64,000 nt of DNA from Octopus sinensis (taxonomy: Eukaryota), in contig NC_043000.1 in NCBI RefSeq assembly GCF_006345805.1, positions 105,524,001 through 105,588,000 of the forward strand, in the 5' to 3' direction. Positions 16,252-28,965 of this stretch are shown piece by piece; within the stretch, counting starts at the first letter, position 1; every line of letters begins with the position of its first letter. The notes beneath the pieces are model-generated. The model did not search any database. It saw nothing but the letters and a program-made list of their open reading frames with translations, and had not been told where the DNA came from. The translations under genes and the position numbers were made by a program.

Positions 16252-16720
16252 GAATCCTATATGTATGTAGATATATACATACATATACAGACATTTACAC
16301 TTACATACATAACGTACGCACCTATGTTTTTATGTATGCATATGCATATATACAAATATACATGCACACATGCGCACAAATAAGCATACATACACGCACA
16401 CACTCATACACACACATACATATATAGTCTCACAGGGACACTTTCGACAGTTCAGGTTAAAATTCGAATTGACTGATAGATATCATTATTTTAAAATTCA
16501 TGATGATGATTCGTTAAATCAGTTAGAAAATATCACCCGTTATGGTAGTTCTAGTTTTCATTTATTTCGTACTCAAAGATTTTGTCAGAGAAGGAATAGC
16601 AGGTCTCATGTCTCTAATGATGGGGGAAGAAGGCAAGTTGTCTTCAGATTAGAACCTTGGTCCAAATTCTCACAATACTGTGGAATCTGTTGAAGTAACC
16701 CACGCAAGAGACAGCGTTCT

Positions 16721-17139
16721 GAGACGGCCAGCTGACAGAAACGTTAGCACGCCGGGCGAAATGCGTAGCCGTATTTCGTCTGCCGTTACGTTCTGAGTTC
16801 AAATTCCGCTGAGGTCGACTTTGCCTTTCATCCTTTCGGGGTCGATAAATTAAGTACCAGTTACGCACTGGGGTCGATGTAATCGACTTAATCCGTTTGT
16901 CTGCCCTTGTTTGTCCCCTCTGTGTTTAGCCACTTGTGGGTAGTAAAGAAATAGGTATTTCGCCTACCGTTACGTTCTGAGTTCAAATTCCGCCGAGGTC
17001 GACTTTGCCTTTCATCTTTTCGGGGTCGATAAAATTAAGTACCAGTTACGCACTGGGATCGATATATAATCGACTTAATCCGTTTGTCTGTCCTTGTTTG
17101 GCCCTTCTGTGTGTAGCCCCTTGTGGGCAATAAAGAAAT
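16721..17139 (+). mobile_element. Young dimeric SINE (family A body, Tx1-like tail) flanked by 15-bp TSD AAGAGACAGCGTTCT
   Basis: Full unit 16721-16951 plus a 5'-truncated second unit 16952-17139; identical 15-mers at 16706-16720 and 17140-17154. Confidence 0.93.
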
Positions 17140-17411
17140 AAGAGACAGCGTTCTCCAAATTACCAGATCACCTAGGATAAAAGGCTAAAATGACTAACTC
17201 CTTCTTTCCCAGCCTAAGCCACATGAACTTTAGCGTACACCTCGCTCCTCAAATCCATTTCGTCGGTCAAATCATTTTCATCATTGCAGTGAGGGTGTGA
17301 AACCGAACCATTGATTAAGGGTCCTATGCATGCAGCGTCCGCTAATCGATAGAAAATAAATCAAGAATATTCAAATCTGAATCCATATTCACATTACTGG
17401 CACTCTGCACT

Positions 17412-17724
17412 CTGTCTGTTAAGACGACAAGGGTTCCAGTTGATCCGATCAACGGAACAGCCTGATCGTGAAATTAACATGCAAGTAGCTAAGCACTCTA
17501 CAGACACACGTACTCTTAACGTAGTTCTCGGGAAGATTCAGGGTGATACATAATGTAACAAGGCTGGCCCTTTGAAATACAGGTACTAATAATTTTTTGG
17601 CAGCTGAGTGGGCTGAAGCAATGTGAAATAAAGTGCTGTGCTTAAGGTCACAACGCACTGTCGGGAATCGAACTCATGGCCTCACGATCGTGAGCCAAAT
17701 ACCCTAACTACTAAGCCACCCACC
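17412..17724 (-). mobile_element. tRNA-derived SINE family B
   Basis: Reverse complement has tRNA-like head GGCTTAGTAGTTAGGGTATTTGGCTCACGATCGTGAGGCCATGAGTTCGATTCCC; related to the plus-strand copy at 46765-47062. Confidence 0.88.
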
Positions 17725-18829
17725 TTCATCAATATTCATAATATTCAATACACCAAACGCTAAAATTTAGGAACGAGGAAATCAATAAAAAATAAAAGGA
17801 AAGCAATATTCTTTTTTTTCTCTATGGCATCCACCAACTGATTTGCATGCAGGAGAACAACTATGTGGTTGTTGATGATCTCTTAGTATATCAATCAAAT
17901 TCTCTTCAATTACACCCTACAGTCTTTAAAAAGAGAGTAGTTCTAGATTTCAGTCGTAACCATCTCTCAGATGGGATGATTACAACTTAAATGCCTTTGA
18001 TCATAGAACTGCTGAATGAAAATAGTCTTGGAGCTAAACAACTCCACGATCATGATCCATTATTAAACAAGTGCACAGGTGGCAGTACGTACCTCGTTAC
18101 TAGGTAAATAGGAGGAATCTACGTGGTTCCTCTAAATGCCGAAAATAACATTCGATTTCACTCACATCACACTCGACAGCCATAAGACATAAGGCAGAAA
18201 CGTATTGGATAGTATAGTACGGAATATAAAAATATGAGAAGGGTGCAGCTGAAACGTCTTTCATTATGGATGCAGAGATAGCTAAGAGATCGAGAAGTTC
18301 ACTACTCAACCGGAGTTGTGAAGTGACTATGGGCACAATTCCACAGTACAGTGTCTGAGATAAATGACTTATATTTTGGGTTGTCCAGTGCCTTTTGAAT
18401 GGAATTTGGTATACAGAAACTGTGAAGAAACTCATCAGAAATCTATGTGTAAGTATGCATATTTGAGAGTGTGTGCATGTGTGTGTGTGTGTGTGTGTGT
18501 GTGCGTGCGTATGTATGTATGTATGTATGTATGTATGTATGTATGTATGTATGTATGTATGTATGTATGTATGTATGTATGCATGCATGCATGTATGGAT
18601 GGATCGATGGATGTTTCGATGGATGGATCGAAGGACGGATCGAGGGATAGATCGATAGATGGATAGATTGATGGATCGATGGCTGTTCGTATGAGGAACA
18701 GCTTTTCTTTTCTACGTGTTGCATTAAAGACATGACTGCATTCCACTTCTATTTCCTTTTTATTACAGATTTTTCATATTTTCATTTCAGTTTCTTGCTA
18801 GTTTGGAAGAATAAGTTTCCTAAGTTCAT

Positions 18830-20400
18830 GGTCAATGAATCCTGACCTTTGCAGTATCAATTTCAAAAATTGAAACAGATTAGACGTCTGCGTTTCTTCT
18901 TAATATACTGGTCGAATTTTTGTAGACTTTCCCGCCAGAAGTTTTTGTTTTTTTAGCGTTAGGCTTCCACGTCAGCAGTCACGTATTCATTTGTTTTGTT
19001 GTAGTCAAATTGACGTATACAACTGAAGAACCTTTTCGTCGCCTGTAATATAATTTATATAGTCAGACGGAATAGCCATGGGTTCTCCTTAGGACCGATG
19101 TTTACGGTATTCTGCCTATCCATAATAGAGAACAGAATAATATCAAGACATAATCAGAGACTTAGATTATATACATGTGGCAACGGATGCATCAAAGGGC
19201 GTTAAGAAACTAAAAGAAGATTTAGAAAACAACTCAGTACTAAAACATTCAGAATACAAATACGGCTCTGTTTTTATACATAAACTTAAAGATCGAAAAA
19301 AAGAAGATACATACGTCTATATACGCCAAAGAATCAAACAAATGCATATACTTCCATGGCGACAGTGAACACCCACACAACATGCCTGATAAAATCACTA
19401 CTTAGAAGAGCATTTAGATTCTCGACTACAAAGAAGGCACAAGAGAAAGAAATCCTCAGAATAAAAAAGCGTTAATTAACATCGGATATTCCAACAGACA
19501 AGCAGACCGAGCTATAGAAGGATACAGGCACAAATGCAAAACAGCAAATACATTAGAGACTAGAACTAATAAAAATACATAAATCAAATGCTTAACAACT
19601 GTCGAACAGACGAATGCATAATCAAAAACCTCATAAAAGCAGAGCACAAAATGCATTACACCCAACCATAAACTTAAACTAATAATCTCTCTCTATATAA
19701 ACGGCAGTTTGTCTGTGCGTGTTTCTGTGTGTCTGTTTTCTCGTACCCTCACCCTGACCACGGCTTTCAACCGATTCTGATGAACTTGACACACACATAG
19801 CCCAATGTCATAATTCAAAACTAACGCAGCGAAAATTTTGAAAAGTTCCCCCAGTTCTGAAAAATCGATAAATTCGACATGGGGTCGAGAATAAAAAAAA
19901 ACAAACCACAGACTGTCTAGGGGACGCAACTCAACCTTTTATTACTCTCAAAAAAAAAATTTACCATCATTTTTTTTCCATTTTTTGGCTATAACTCTCT
20001 AAAAATGCTTTATAGTTATTTCCCTTACAAACCTGAGCAACGCCGGGCGATACTGCTAGTATACTATAAAAACAAACAAACAAAAACCTCTTTATCAATG
20101 ACACGCCACAAGCATGTAAACCTGACAACAAGCTTCTAATGACCAACGTAATCAAAACCTCGATTATAAAACTGAAAGTTATCAGGACTCCAGCTGTTAC
20201 ATTGGACAACACTATCTCGTAGGCTCGTCATGCATTTTACAACATGGAGCAATTAGAATATCAGCTACGACAAAATAAGTTTGATATAAAATCGCTAAAA
20301 GAAAATTATTCTTTAGTCCATAAAATTCTTCAGAAAAACAGATTAATCTAGAATCCATATTCCCATCACACGCAACACAATGTCAAAATTAACATGCAAA
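18830..20400 (+). mobile_element. Penelope-like element remnant (RT plus GIY-YIG), interrupted by a Helitron
   Basis: DGIAMGSPLGP (PLE RT motif) near 19070, LKEDLENNSVLK, RRAFRFS and ALINIGYSNRQ (thumb); degraded GIY-YIG-like sequence (CYIG, LQHGAI) after 20180. Confidence 0.8.
19686..20059 (+). mobile_element. Non-autonomous Helitron
   Basis: 5' TC start, 3' GAGCAACGCCGGGCGATACTGCTAG end, inserted between A and T with no TSD. Confidence 0.88.
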
Positions 20401-20922
20401 CAACACACGCGTCAAGAAATTAACACGTAGGTATTAACATGAAACCCTAACAATCAAGTAGATTGACCACAAAGAAATAGATTAATATGTAATTACTAAA
20501 GTGGAAGCTGGTGGTTAAAATATCTTTAGTGGGAAAGTCTACAAAATTCTATCCGTATATGAGAAGTAAAACAGTGCCAAATCTATATCTTGGTTGTTGT
20601 TTTGTTTTTGTTTTTTGGAGGGGGTCAGTTATTTTTAGCGTCTTGACAGAAAAAAGTCATTCTAAAATTGTATTTTTAACGTAAGGGTGCCCAAACAAAT
20701 CTAATGCTTACATAGAGCAAGTTTTATAGTCACATCATCGAAACCGACCGGGTGAAACCGGGCTTATACAGAAGTAGAGTGTAATTATATATTGTAGCGT
20801 TGACATTGTTCTGTTACTACTCTGAGTGTCGCGAGTATCTGAGCTGCTCATGCAATGTGATCGGGATTTCAAAACTTCTGATTGACAGATAGACAGACAG
20901 CCAGACAGACAGATAGATCTAC

Positions 20923-20964
<42 letters not shown>

Positions 20965-23536
20965 GTAGGGTGGACTTCAGTGCCTACCTACATAGCCTAC
21001 CACGACTCTCGACAAGAAAGGCAGGGTGCTGCGAAGGTGCCATCACGGCGGCGGAAGTGCGGAAGCGATGGCAGAATGCTCGAGGGACAAATCACCGGGT
21101 TTGGATGGTTACCCTACGAGCTTTACAATTGTATGCCAGACTTGTTTGGAGATCTCTTGGCGGCGGTGTACTGCAACTGGCAGCAAAACGGGAGCATTCC
21201 TGGTTTTGTGAGCCGAGGAGCCGTAACACTGCTGAAGAAAGATCTAAACAAGGGAATGTAATAGATAACTTTAGGCCCATCACTCTGCTTAATGCAGACT
21301 TGAAAATTTTGGCCAAGGTGCTAGCCAAGAGGTTGGCGCTTGTCATCGAGAAACTGGTCGACAAGGCGCAAACATGCGCCGTGCCAGGCCGGACCATCCA
21401 TGACAACCTCCATCTGATGCGACATCATAGACAGGGTAGTTAACGAACCTGGCATGGGTGGGGCCCTGATCAACTTGGATCAATCAAAAGCCTTTGATAG
21501 GGTAGACCATCGATACTTGGAGGCAGTCCTGAGAGCGGCTGGTTTCGGTCCCGTCTCCGCGGCTGGATAGCTGCCTTGTACAGAGGCATCCGTTCGGTAA
21601 TTCGCGTAAATGGACATCTATCGAGACTTTCGACATTGCACGTTCGGTCCGTCAGGGATGCCCCCTCTCGGCGCTTCTATACGTATTGACTCTTGAGCCA
21701 CTACTGCGGAAGCTGGCGACTCTAAGGGCATCCCGCGAGAATTGGGATGCGGGACGAGCGTGTCTGCATACGCGGACGACGTCACCGTCATAGTGTCTAG
21801 CCACGAGCACATCGAGCTGGTCGGCGAGACACTGAAAAACTACGAAGCGGTGACAGGAGCGAAAATCAACCGGGAAAAGTCAGTGGGCTTGCGACTAGGC
21901 ACCTGGAGAAGCAAGCCCATGCCGTCCACCAGCGCCTCCGTCGTGGGACGCTGGACCGACGGCCCGGTTGAGTTGCTCGGGGTCTGGTTTGGTCCGGACC
22001 TCCAAGTGGAGAAGAACTGGAACGAGATAACGAGTAGGGTGGTCACTCTCGCCCGGCAATGGGCCGAGAGGAAACTGTCCCTAAAAGGTCGAGCGGAGGT
22101 GGCGAACACGTACATCGCGTCCGTCATCTACTACCGCCTGACCGTCGTACCTTGTCCCGACCTACCATCACCAAACTACAACGCATCCTCTTTCGCTTCT
22201 TGTGGAAAGGATGCGTCCCGATGGTCAGGCGATCCATTTGCTGTCAACACCCGTTAAAAGGAGGGCTGGGCATGCCGTGGTTGATGATGCGCAGACACGC
22301 GCTGAGACTGCGACATCTCTGGCTCTATGTAGACGACGGTGAACAGGTGTGGTCGCCGTTTGTGAGGCACGCTTTCGCGCGCTCCAGTCGTTCCATGACC
22401 GAACTGCAGTCGTGGATCAAAAAGAGGCCGAGGAAGGGCGAATGGCACCGCGAGTGTCGCGTTGCTCTCAAGCAACTCTGCCGTCCTGGGTCGACCTTAA
22501 GTGACTTCAACACAACCAAAGCATTCTATAGGGGTTTAGTGGAGGGGAGGTACGACGACGAGCTCGGGGCGAACTGGACGTCGACGAGGAGTACCTGACC
22601 GCCTGTTCGGGACGACTTTCGGGCCAGGGCCCATGGACAACTTCCAGAGATCCCTGGCCTGGCAGTGCTACCGAGAAGCGCTACCCGTTCGGGATAAGCT
22701 CTACAGACACGGCTCGAGAAACACGGGGCCGACCTGCCCGAGATGCGGTCAGAGCGACGAAACCGTTCTGCGCCACTCGTTCAGTGTCCAACAATTTCCG
22801 ACCTGTGGGCTTATGTCGACCAACTGCTGTCACGTGTGGGACGAGTCGGTTTATCAGCTGAGTCTATCGTCAATATTGTCACGCCTCCTTCCTTCAAACG
22901 GGAAGGAAGAGCTATTTTCATCATCCTTGTGGCTATGGCGAAAGAATGTATCTGGTGGACGCGTCTGAAAGGATTGGAGACAAACACTTTCCTCTCTGGT
23001 CAATCTCTCATCAACTTCTTCAAGTACCACTTGAAAAGGAAAGTGAGAGTAGAGAGGCAAGTTTTGTCTAGCGAATGTTTTAAAAAAAGATGGGTGAATG
23101 TAGCAAGAATGGCACGTATGAATGACGAAGCCACCTTGAGCATAGTCCTATGAACCCAGAAATCGAAAACAGAGAGTTGCTTATTTGCCAAAAAAAAAAA
23201 AAAGAAATATAAAATGTGACTTCATTGACCGAGGTTACCGTGGTCTTTTCCGCAGGCTTTTCTTTCCACGGGTAAACCTCACTGTCCTCCCCTTTACACT
23301 TCATATTGACATTTCTGTGATAACGATCCCTATTGATCTTTTTTTTCCTCTCCCCCCTTTTTTTTTTTTTTTTTTAACCCCCCTTATTTTTGTCCTCTTT
23401 CTCTCCTTTTACGATCCCTTTTGATCGAACCTCCCCCTTCCTTTTTTTTTTTTTTTTTTTTAATACCTTCAAAAGAAAAGCTCTACCTTGTTAATTTGTT
23501 CTCTGTGTGCAGCCCTGTGTGGCTAATAAAGAAACA
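20965..23536 (+). mobile_element. 5'-truncated Tx1/L1-clade LINE (ORF2: RT and C-terminal CCHC), frameshifted, flanked by (TCTA)n
   Basis: NFRPITLLNADLKILAKVLAKRL, AQTCAVPGRTIHDNLHLMR, SAYADDVTV, GVWFGPDL, CPRCGQSDETV...LVQCP; 3' UTR with T-rich tracts ending AATAAAGAAACA. Confidence 0.93.
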
Positions 23537-23582
<46 letters not shown>

Positions 23583-23759
23583 AGGTAAAGGTTTTTTTAT
23601 TTTTCATTCACTTTCAGAATTACAACAATTAGTGGCTTGAAGTTTAACTGCTCTTTCTAGTGAGTCAGATATCCCATTTGGGGGGGGGGGTATCTCTTAT
23701 GTGTTTGAATGTACACTGTATTCTTATCTATCTATCTAGCTAGCTAGCTACAGACAGGC

Positions 23760-23889
<130 letters not shown>

Positions 23890-24399
23890 TGTTGTATTGA
23901 ATGCATAAATGCATGGCTGTGGTCTATTTTACCTTTTTAAGCATGGGTTTTTGTTTGTTTCATATTTTTGTGTAAATTCTTTGCAGTTTGTTTGTAATAG
24001 TAAAGTTCCTGAATCTATAATCTACGTTTCTTAACCTAAATAATTTCACGTCAAAATGGAATGCTGTTCGCGTATGTCACTACTTCTTATACAGCATGAT
24101 TGATGTAAATGTTGCCGCCTGGATTTCAATTATGAACTTTCTGATTTACATATCATCAGTCATTTTGTTTTTGTTTTTAACAGCTGTATTGTTTGTGTGT
24201 TTATTTTAGCGTTGTACTGAATTATGAATATTGTTTTCATCATAAATCATCAATTTTTGTGAAGAATTCTGTGCAGTATATGTGTAATGTGTACTAATGT
24301 TTTCCGATCTAACTTTGTTTTGTTTCATATGGGGTTGTTCATTGCTGTTATTATCATGGTGAGCTGGCGAAAACTTGCCATTTGCTTTTTGCATTTAAT

Positions 24400-24560
24400 C
24401 GAAGTGTTAATCCCAACGAAGATGCTCGTTAGATTTGTGCTGTGTATGGAGAAGGAGTAATATCTCAAAGCACCACCCGACGTTGGCTTTCGCGCTTCAA
24501 AAATGGGATTTTGGACCTCAAGGACGGATCACACACCAGTCGGCCAACTAAACTCTTCTG
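24400..24560 (+). mobile_element. Mariner transposase N-terminal (HTH) fragment
   Basis: YGEGVISQSTTRRWLSRFKNGILDLKDGSHTSRP matches the mariner YG...WFxRFKxGxxDLxDxxRSGRP pattern. Confidence 0.8.
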
Positions 24561-24564
24561 CACA

Positions 24565-24900
24565 CACTGGCTTGTGGAATCATGTCGAACACCAGCTGTT
24601 ACATGTAGGACAGATCAGGCTATCAGCTGAATCCATTGTGAAGACTGTTCTGCAGCCTTCCTTTTGGCCAAGCAGTCTTCATCTGTCTGATGGCTTTGGC
24701 GAAAGTGGTTGCACAGTGGGCAAGACTGAAAGGACTGAAGACAGACATCTTCCTCTGTGACCTGACTCCCACCAGTATTTTCAAGTTTCACTTTAAAAGG
24801 AAATCGAGGTTGGAGAGGAAACTACTGCCGCCAAGCAATTTATTAAAATATGGATGAGGGCGGTAAGGATGGTCCTAGTGAAGGGGTTTGCTCTGTGTAT
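24565..24900 (+). mobile_element. Older Tx1-family ORF2 C-terminal fragment
   Basis: Visible similarity to 22800-23150 (GLWNHVEHQLLHVGQIRLSAESIV vs LWAYVDQLLSRVGRVGLSAESIV). Confidence 0.75.
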
Positions 24901-25049
24901 GCACCTATAAAATGAGATATGAGATATGAGAATAAGGAGAGGATGATTGTCCTAGTGGTAAGAGTTACAGTAGTTTTGTTGGGGTTTCCACGAATAGCCG
25001 TCTGAGGTCTCTCCCTTTTACAGAATTATTTCTTGTTTGAATTTTTTGT

Positions 25050-25900
25050 TTCTTTGTTTTTGTTCCAAGCAGTGCTGTTTTCTGCAAGTGTTCCTTATTG
25101 CAGCGCCTATTTGTTCCATCTACTTCTCAAGATTTTTATTCACTGTTCCCAGGGCTCCGACAATTATTGGTACTACTACTACCTTTTTCATTGACCACAA
25201 CTACTTAACCTCTCACGCTAACCTGTCATATCTATCGACTTTTCTTTCTTCCTTATCGTATACCTTGTTGTCAGCTGGGCATGCTATATCTATGATCCAG
25301 TATCGTTTGCTTTCTTTCTCAATTAGCACTATGTCTGGTTTCCTATACTCTATCTTATGGTCGGCCTTCGAGTTTATATTTTTGAACCACTTTTTTGCTG
25401 TCAAGTCCATACTTGCTGCAAAGTGTCCAATGGACAATCCTTGCTATATTGTCATGACGTCTCTTATATTCTTTCTGGGCTAGTGGCGTACATTGACTGG
25501 TAACATGTCGTACGGTTTCACCATTTTGTCCACAGATTCTGCACTTATCACTTTCTGGTGTGTTGTCTGTTCTGTATTTGATGTAATTCGTTCTTAGTGC
25601 TTGCTCTTGGGCAGCACACATTAGAGCCTCCGTTTCCGGTTTTAAATCACTTTTAGTCATCCATAGCCATCTTTTTTCTCTGTCTGTCTTATCTTCAACA
25701 TCCCTAAGAAATTGTCCATGCAGTCTTTTCTTTTCAGTTTCATTCATTCTGAAGCGCTTGTATAGTGCTTTATCTTTACAATATTCCATCCTAAACACAC
25801 CTGACCTTCTTACTTACAATAATAGTGGTTCTGTGGCATTTTTTACATACCATGATATGTTGTTTTCTTCTGCTATTATGCTGTGTTCGCATCCAACAAG
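25050..25900 (-). mobile_element. Dong/R4-clade non-LTR retrotransposon C-terminal part (CCHC finger plus restriction-like endonuclease)
   Basis: LHGQF, SDLKPETEALMCAAQEQALRTN, CRICGQNGETVRHVTSQC, YKRRHD, KPDIVLIEK, IIDIACP. Confidence 0.93.
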
Positions 25901-25950
25901 TCCTCTCCCCCTCTTTTTCTTGGTACAAATAGTCTGTCTAGTCAGCATGA

Positions 25951-26038
<88 letters not shown>
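25951..26038. repeat. (ATT)n/(TAA)n microsatellite
   Basis: Seen directly, next to the 5'-truncated end of the Dong element. Confidence 0.97.
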
Positions 26039-26039
<1 letters not shown>

Positions 26040-27124
26040 GCAAAACTCGCTCAGTACTCTAGGGTTCACGAGATTCGTGAACTACACCAATCCTTCAGCA
26101 TGTAGTCCTGGGACTTTTATAATATGCACGTTCATTTTGACAACTGATTATGACTATGCACGTCAGTCTGAAGATATTATTCTACTTATGTATACTGAAT
26201 TATAAACGGGCTCTCTTTTTAAAAGAATACATGCTTATATATCTAAACTTTTATATAGAAATTCTCCTCTAAACACAATTTGTACTTTATAATATGAACT
26301 GTTATATGTTATGGCCAACATTACATTGACTTCCCATAGATCTAATTTTTATTGATATATATATATTGTTAAGTTACGTTGCTTGCTGTAGATTCTAACA
26401 GTACAGACCATAAAATATTTTCAAGAAAAACAACTTCTAGACGTAGCAACAATACCGTTTGTATATAATTATAGGCCATCTTATTAAGTATCGTAGATAT
26501 TTTAGTTCTTTCCATTGAAATATTTAAAGCAACTGTAATTTTGATTTACTCCTATATTTTTTTCAAGGATTATTTCTATGTTGGGTTAACAAATAAATTC
26601 GTCCGTTTCGTTCCAATGTTATTTGAATTAACAGCAAAAATATTTTTATCGTAACGTTTTATGGATTTTGTGGGGTGGGGGTTGTAGCACTATTCTTCCT
26701 CTGCAGCAGTTGTTCTTAAATTTTTCTTTGTCTTTTTTTTTGTTTTTTTTTTGTAGCATTTCCCTTTTAAATAGTTGTGCTTAAAGCCCACCTAACTAGT
26801 GAGTAAGGTACCACGACTAAACTAATTTAACATGGATGATAATTTATAAATTTTACTCTATAAATGAAAGTTAATGACTTCTCTGTGTCTGATGAAATCT
26901 TATCTTATTTTAATAACCATTTCTAGTGTTATCAGGTACAATATAATTACTACTATTGGTAAAATTTAATAAGTTAATTTTCTTACCTCACCATCCCCTC
27001 ACACACCCTAAAGCCTAATGCCCCCTCTGACACGCCCAGTGTCCCTTGGGGCAGTACCGTCCACGTTGGGAGTCTCTGATCTACAGCTTTTACTTATCGT
27101 TTTGGAAATAATTTTTTTCTATTT

Positions 27125-27390
27125 TCAGACATATGATGCCAAGTAAAACAAACATGAATATTTTTGACACCTGCTACACTTTACCCTTAATCAAGTTCCA
27201 ACGCTCCCAAAGTCGCTACAGACATTCAAGCTGTGTCCAGAGAAGGCGTTATTACTGAAAGAATTGCACAGAAATGGTTTTCACGCTTCAAAGAAGGGAA
27301 ATTCAACTTCACAGACTTTCCGTGTTCCGACTGACCAGTTCAGTTCAGTTCAGTGATGATCGATTGAACGAGTCGCACCAATCCCCTAGG
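27125..27390 (+). mobile_element. Mariner transposase N-terminal remnant
   Basis: Translates to ...EGVITERIAQKWFSRFKEGKFNFTD...; degraded. Confidence 0.75.
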
Positions 27391-27477
27391 GGATTATTAA
27401 ATGTTATACGTTATATGTATATTTTTATTAAATATTATTATTATATATATGTATGTGTATATATATATATATATAAA

Positions 27478-27570
27478 TTATTATTATTATTATTATTATA
27501 TTATTATTATTATTATTATTATTATTATCATCATTATTATTATTATTATTATTATTACTACTACTACTAC

Positions 27571-27625
<55 letters not shown>
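27478..27625. repeat. (ATT)n microsatellite with CTA/CAT interruptions
   Basis: Seen directly. Confidence 0.97.
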
Positions 27626-27626
<1 letters not shown>

Positions 27627-27627
<1 letters not shown>

Positions 27628-27759
27628 CAGGCGCAGCCCACAAGGTTCCGAGTTCAGTCCCATTGCGTGGCACCATGGACAAGTGTCTTCTACTAAAGCC
27701 TCGGGCCGACCAAAGCCTTGTGAGTGGATTTGGTCAACGGAAACTGAAAGAAGCCCGTC

Positions 27760-27824
<65 letters not shown>

Positions 27825-28054
27825 TGTGTGTGTGTGTGTGTTTGTGTTTGTGTGTCTGTGTTTGACCGCCACCATCGCTTGACAACCGATGATGGTGTTT
27901 TTACGTCCCCGTAACTAGTGGTTCGGTAAAAGTAACCGATAGAATAAGTACTAGGTTTACAAAGAATAAGTCCGGGAGTCGATTTGTGTTCGACTAAAGG
28001 CAGTACTCCAGCATGGCCACAGTCAAATGACTGAAACAAATAAAAGAATAAAAG
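27627..28054 (+). mobile_element. SINE family C (CCTCGGGCCGACCAAAGCCTTGTGAGTGGATTTGG core, internal (TG)n)
   Basis: B-box GAGTTCAGTCCC, the core, an internal TG tract and tail ending AATAAAAGAATAAAAG; partial relatives at ~12700-13000, 29200-29360, 45490-45690 and 63060-63180. Confidence 0.85.
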
Positions 28055-28254
28055 CATATATTATTATTATATATTATTATATATTATATATATATTGAGT
28101 GACCTATTAAAATTGTTGATCGAAAACAAAGGTTAAAATAACAAGGGAAAAGAAACGAATATATACACATATCAGACTATCAACTAATCGTTTAAGATAG
28201 CAACCCAAAATTTATGTGTATAAATGAGATAAAGGGGAAGAGAGAGGAGAGAGT

Positions 28255-28287
<33 letters not shown>

Positions 28288-28297
28288 TGTGTGTGTG

Positions 28298-28328
<31 letters not shown>

Positions 28329-28379
28329 CGCGTATGTTTCATAATTGGTTAAATGCAAAAAATTCCTGCCATATATCAT

Positions 28380-28795
28380 ATTTGTATGAGGACCCGCACC
28401 AATCCTCTAGGGAATCTGCCCAGCAGAGGGGATGTTCCCATGATACCGTCGTCTCGATGGATAAGGTCCAAAGACACTTCACTAGGTGGGTAATGTCCAA
28501 CAACTCGGTGCATAGATTACAAAGGTTCTGAACAAAAGAGACAAACTCCAGTCTTCACGTCGCTAATTTGACCAGAAATGCTATTCAAGACCTCGGTTGG
28601 AACGTTCTACTGCACCCATCGTATTCTCCCGATATAACGCCTTCAGATTATTATTAGTTTGCAAGAGGTTTCGTTCAACAACGACTCGAAGTTGAAAACG
28701 TGCTTCGATGAAATCTTGAAGTCAAGATTCGGTAGTTTCTATCATCAAGGCATTGACCAGCTAGTAGAAATGAAAAAGAATATATTATTGGCTGA
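28380..28795 (+). mobile_element. Mariner transposase remnant (internally deleted, includes C-terminus)
   Basis: DLGWNVLLHPSYSPDITPSDY matches the mariner HPPYSPDLAPSDY motif; FYHQGIDQLVE at the C-terminus. Confidence 0.85.
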
Positions 28796-28934
28796 AAAAC
28801 AAGGATTGAAGTAAATGGGTAAAAGAGGAATGAATTTATCTGACAGCATAATATATCCACATATCTGACTATCAACCAATTGCTTAAGATATCATCCCAA
28901 AATTTGATGGGGGAGTAGGGAGAGAGAGAATGTG

Positions 28935-28965
<31 letters not shown>

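Noticed and set aside
16370-16693. 107-aa plus-strand ORF
   Set aside because: It starts in a CA repeat, has no recognisable motif or splice support, and the region is interrupted by a SINE.
16721-17139. Repeat-spacer pattern resembling a CRISPR array
   Set aside because: Only two long units, with SINE features and a TSD; eukaryotic context and no cas genes.
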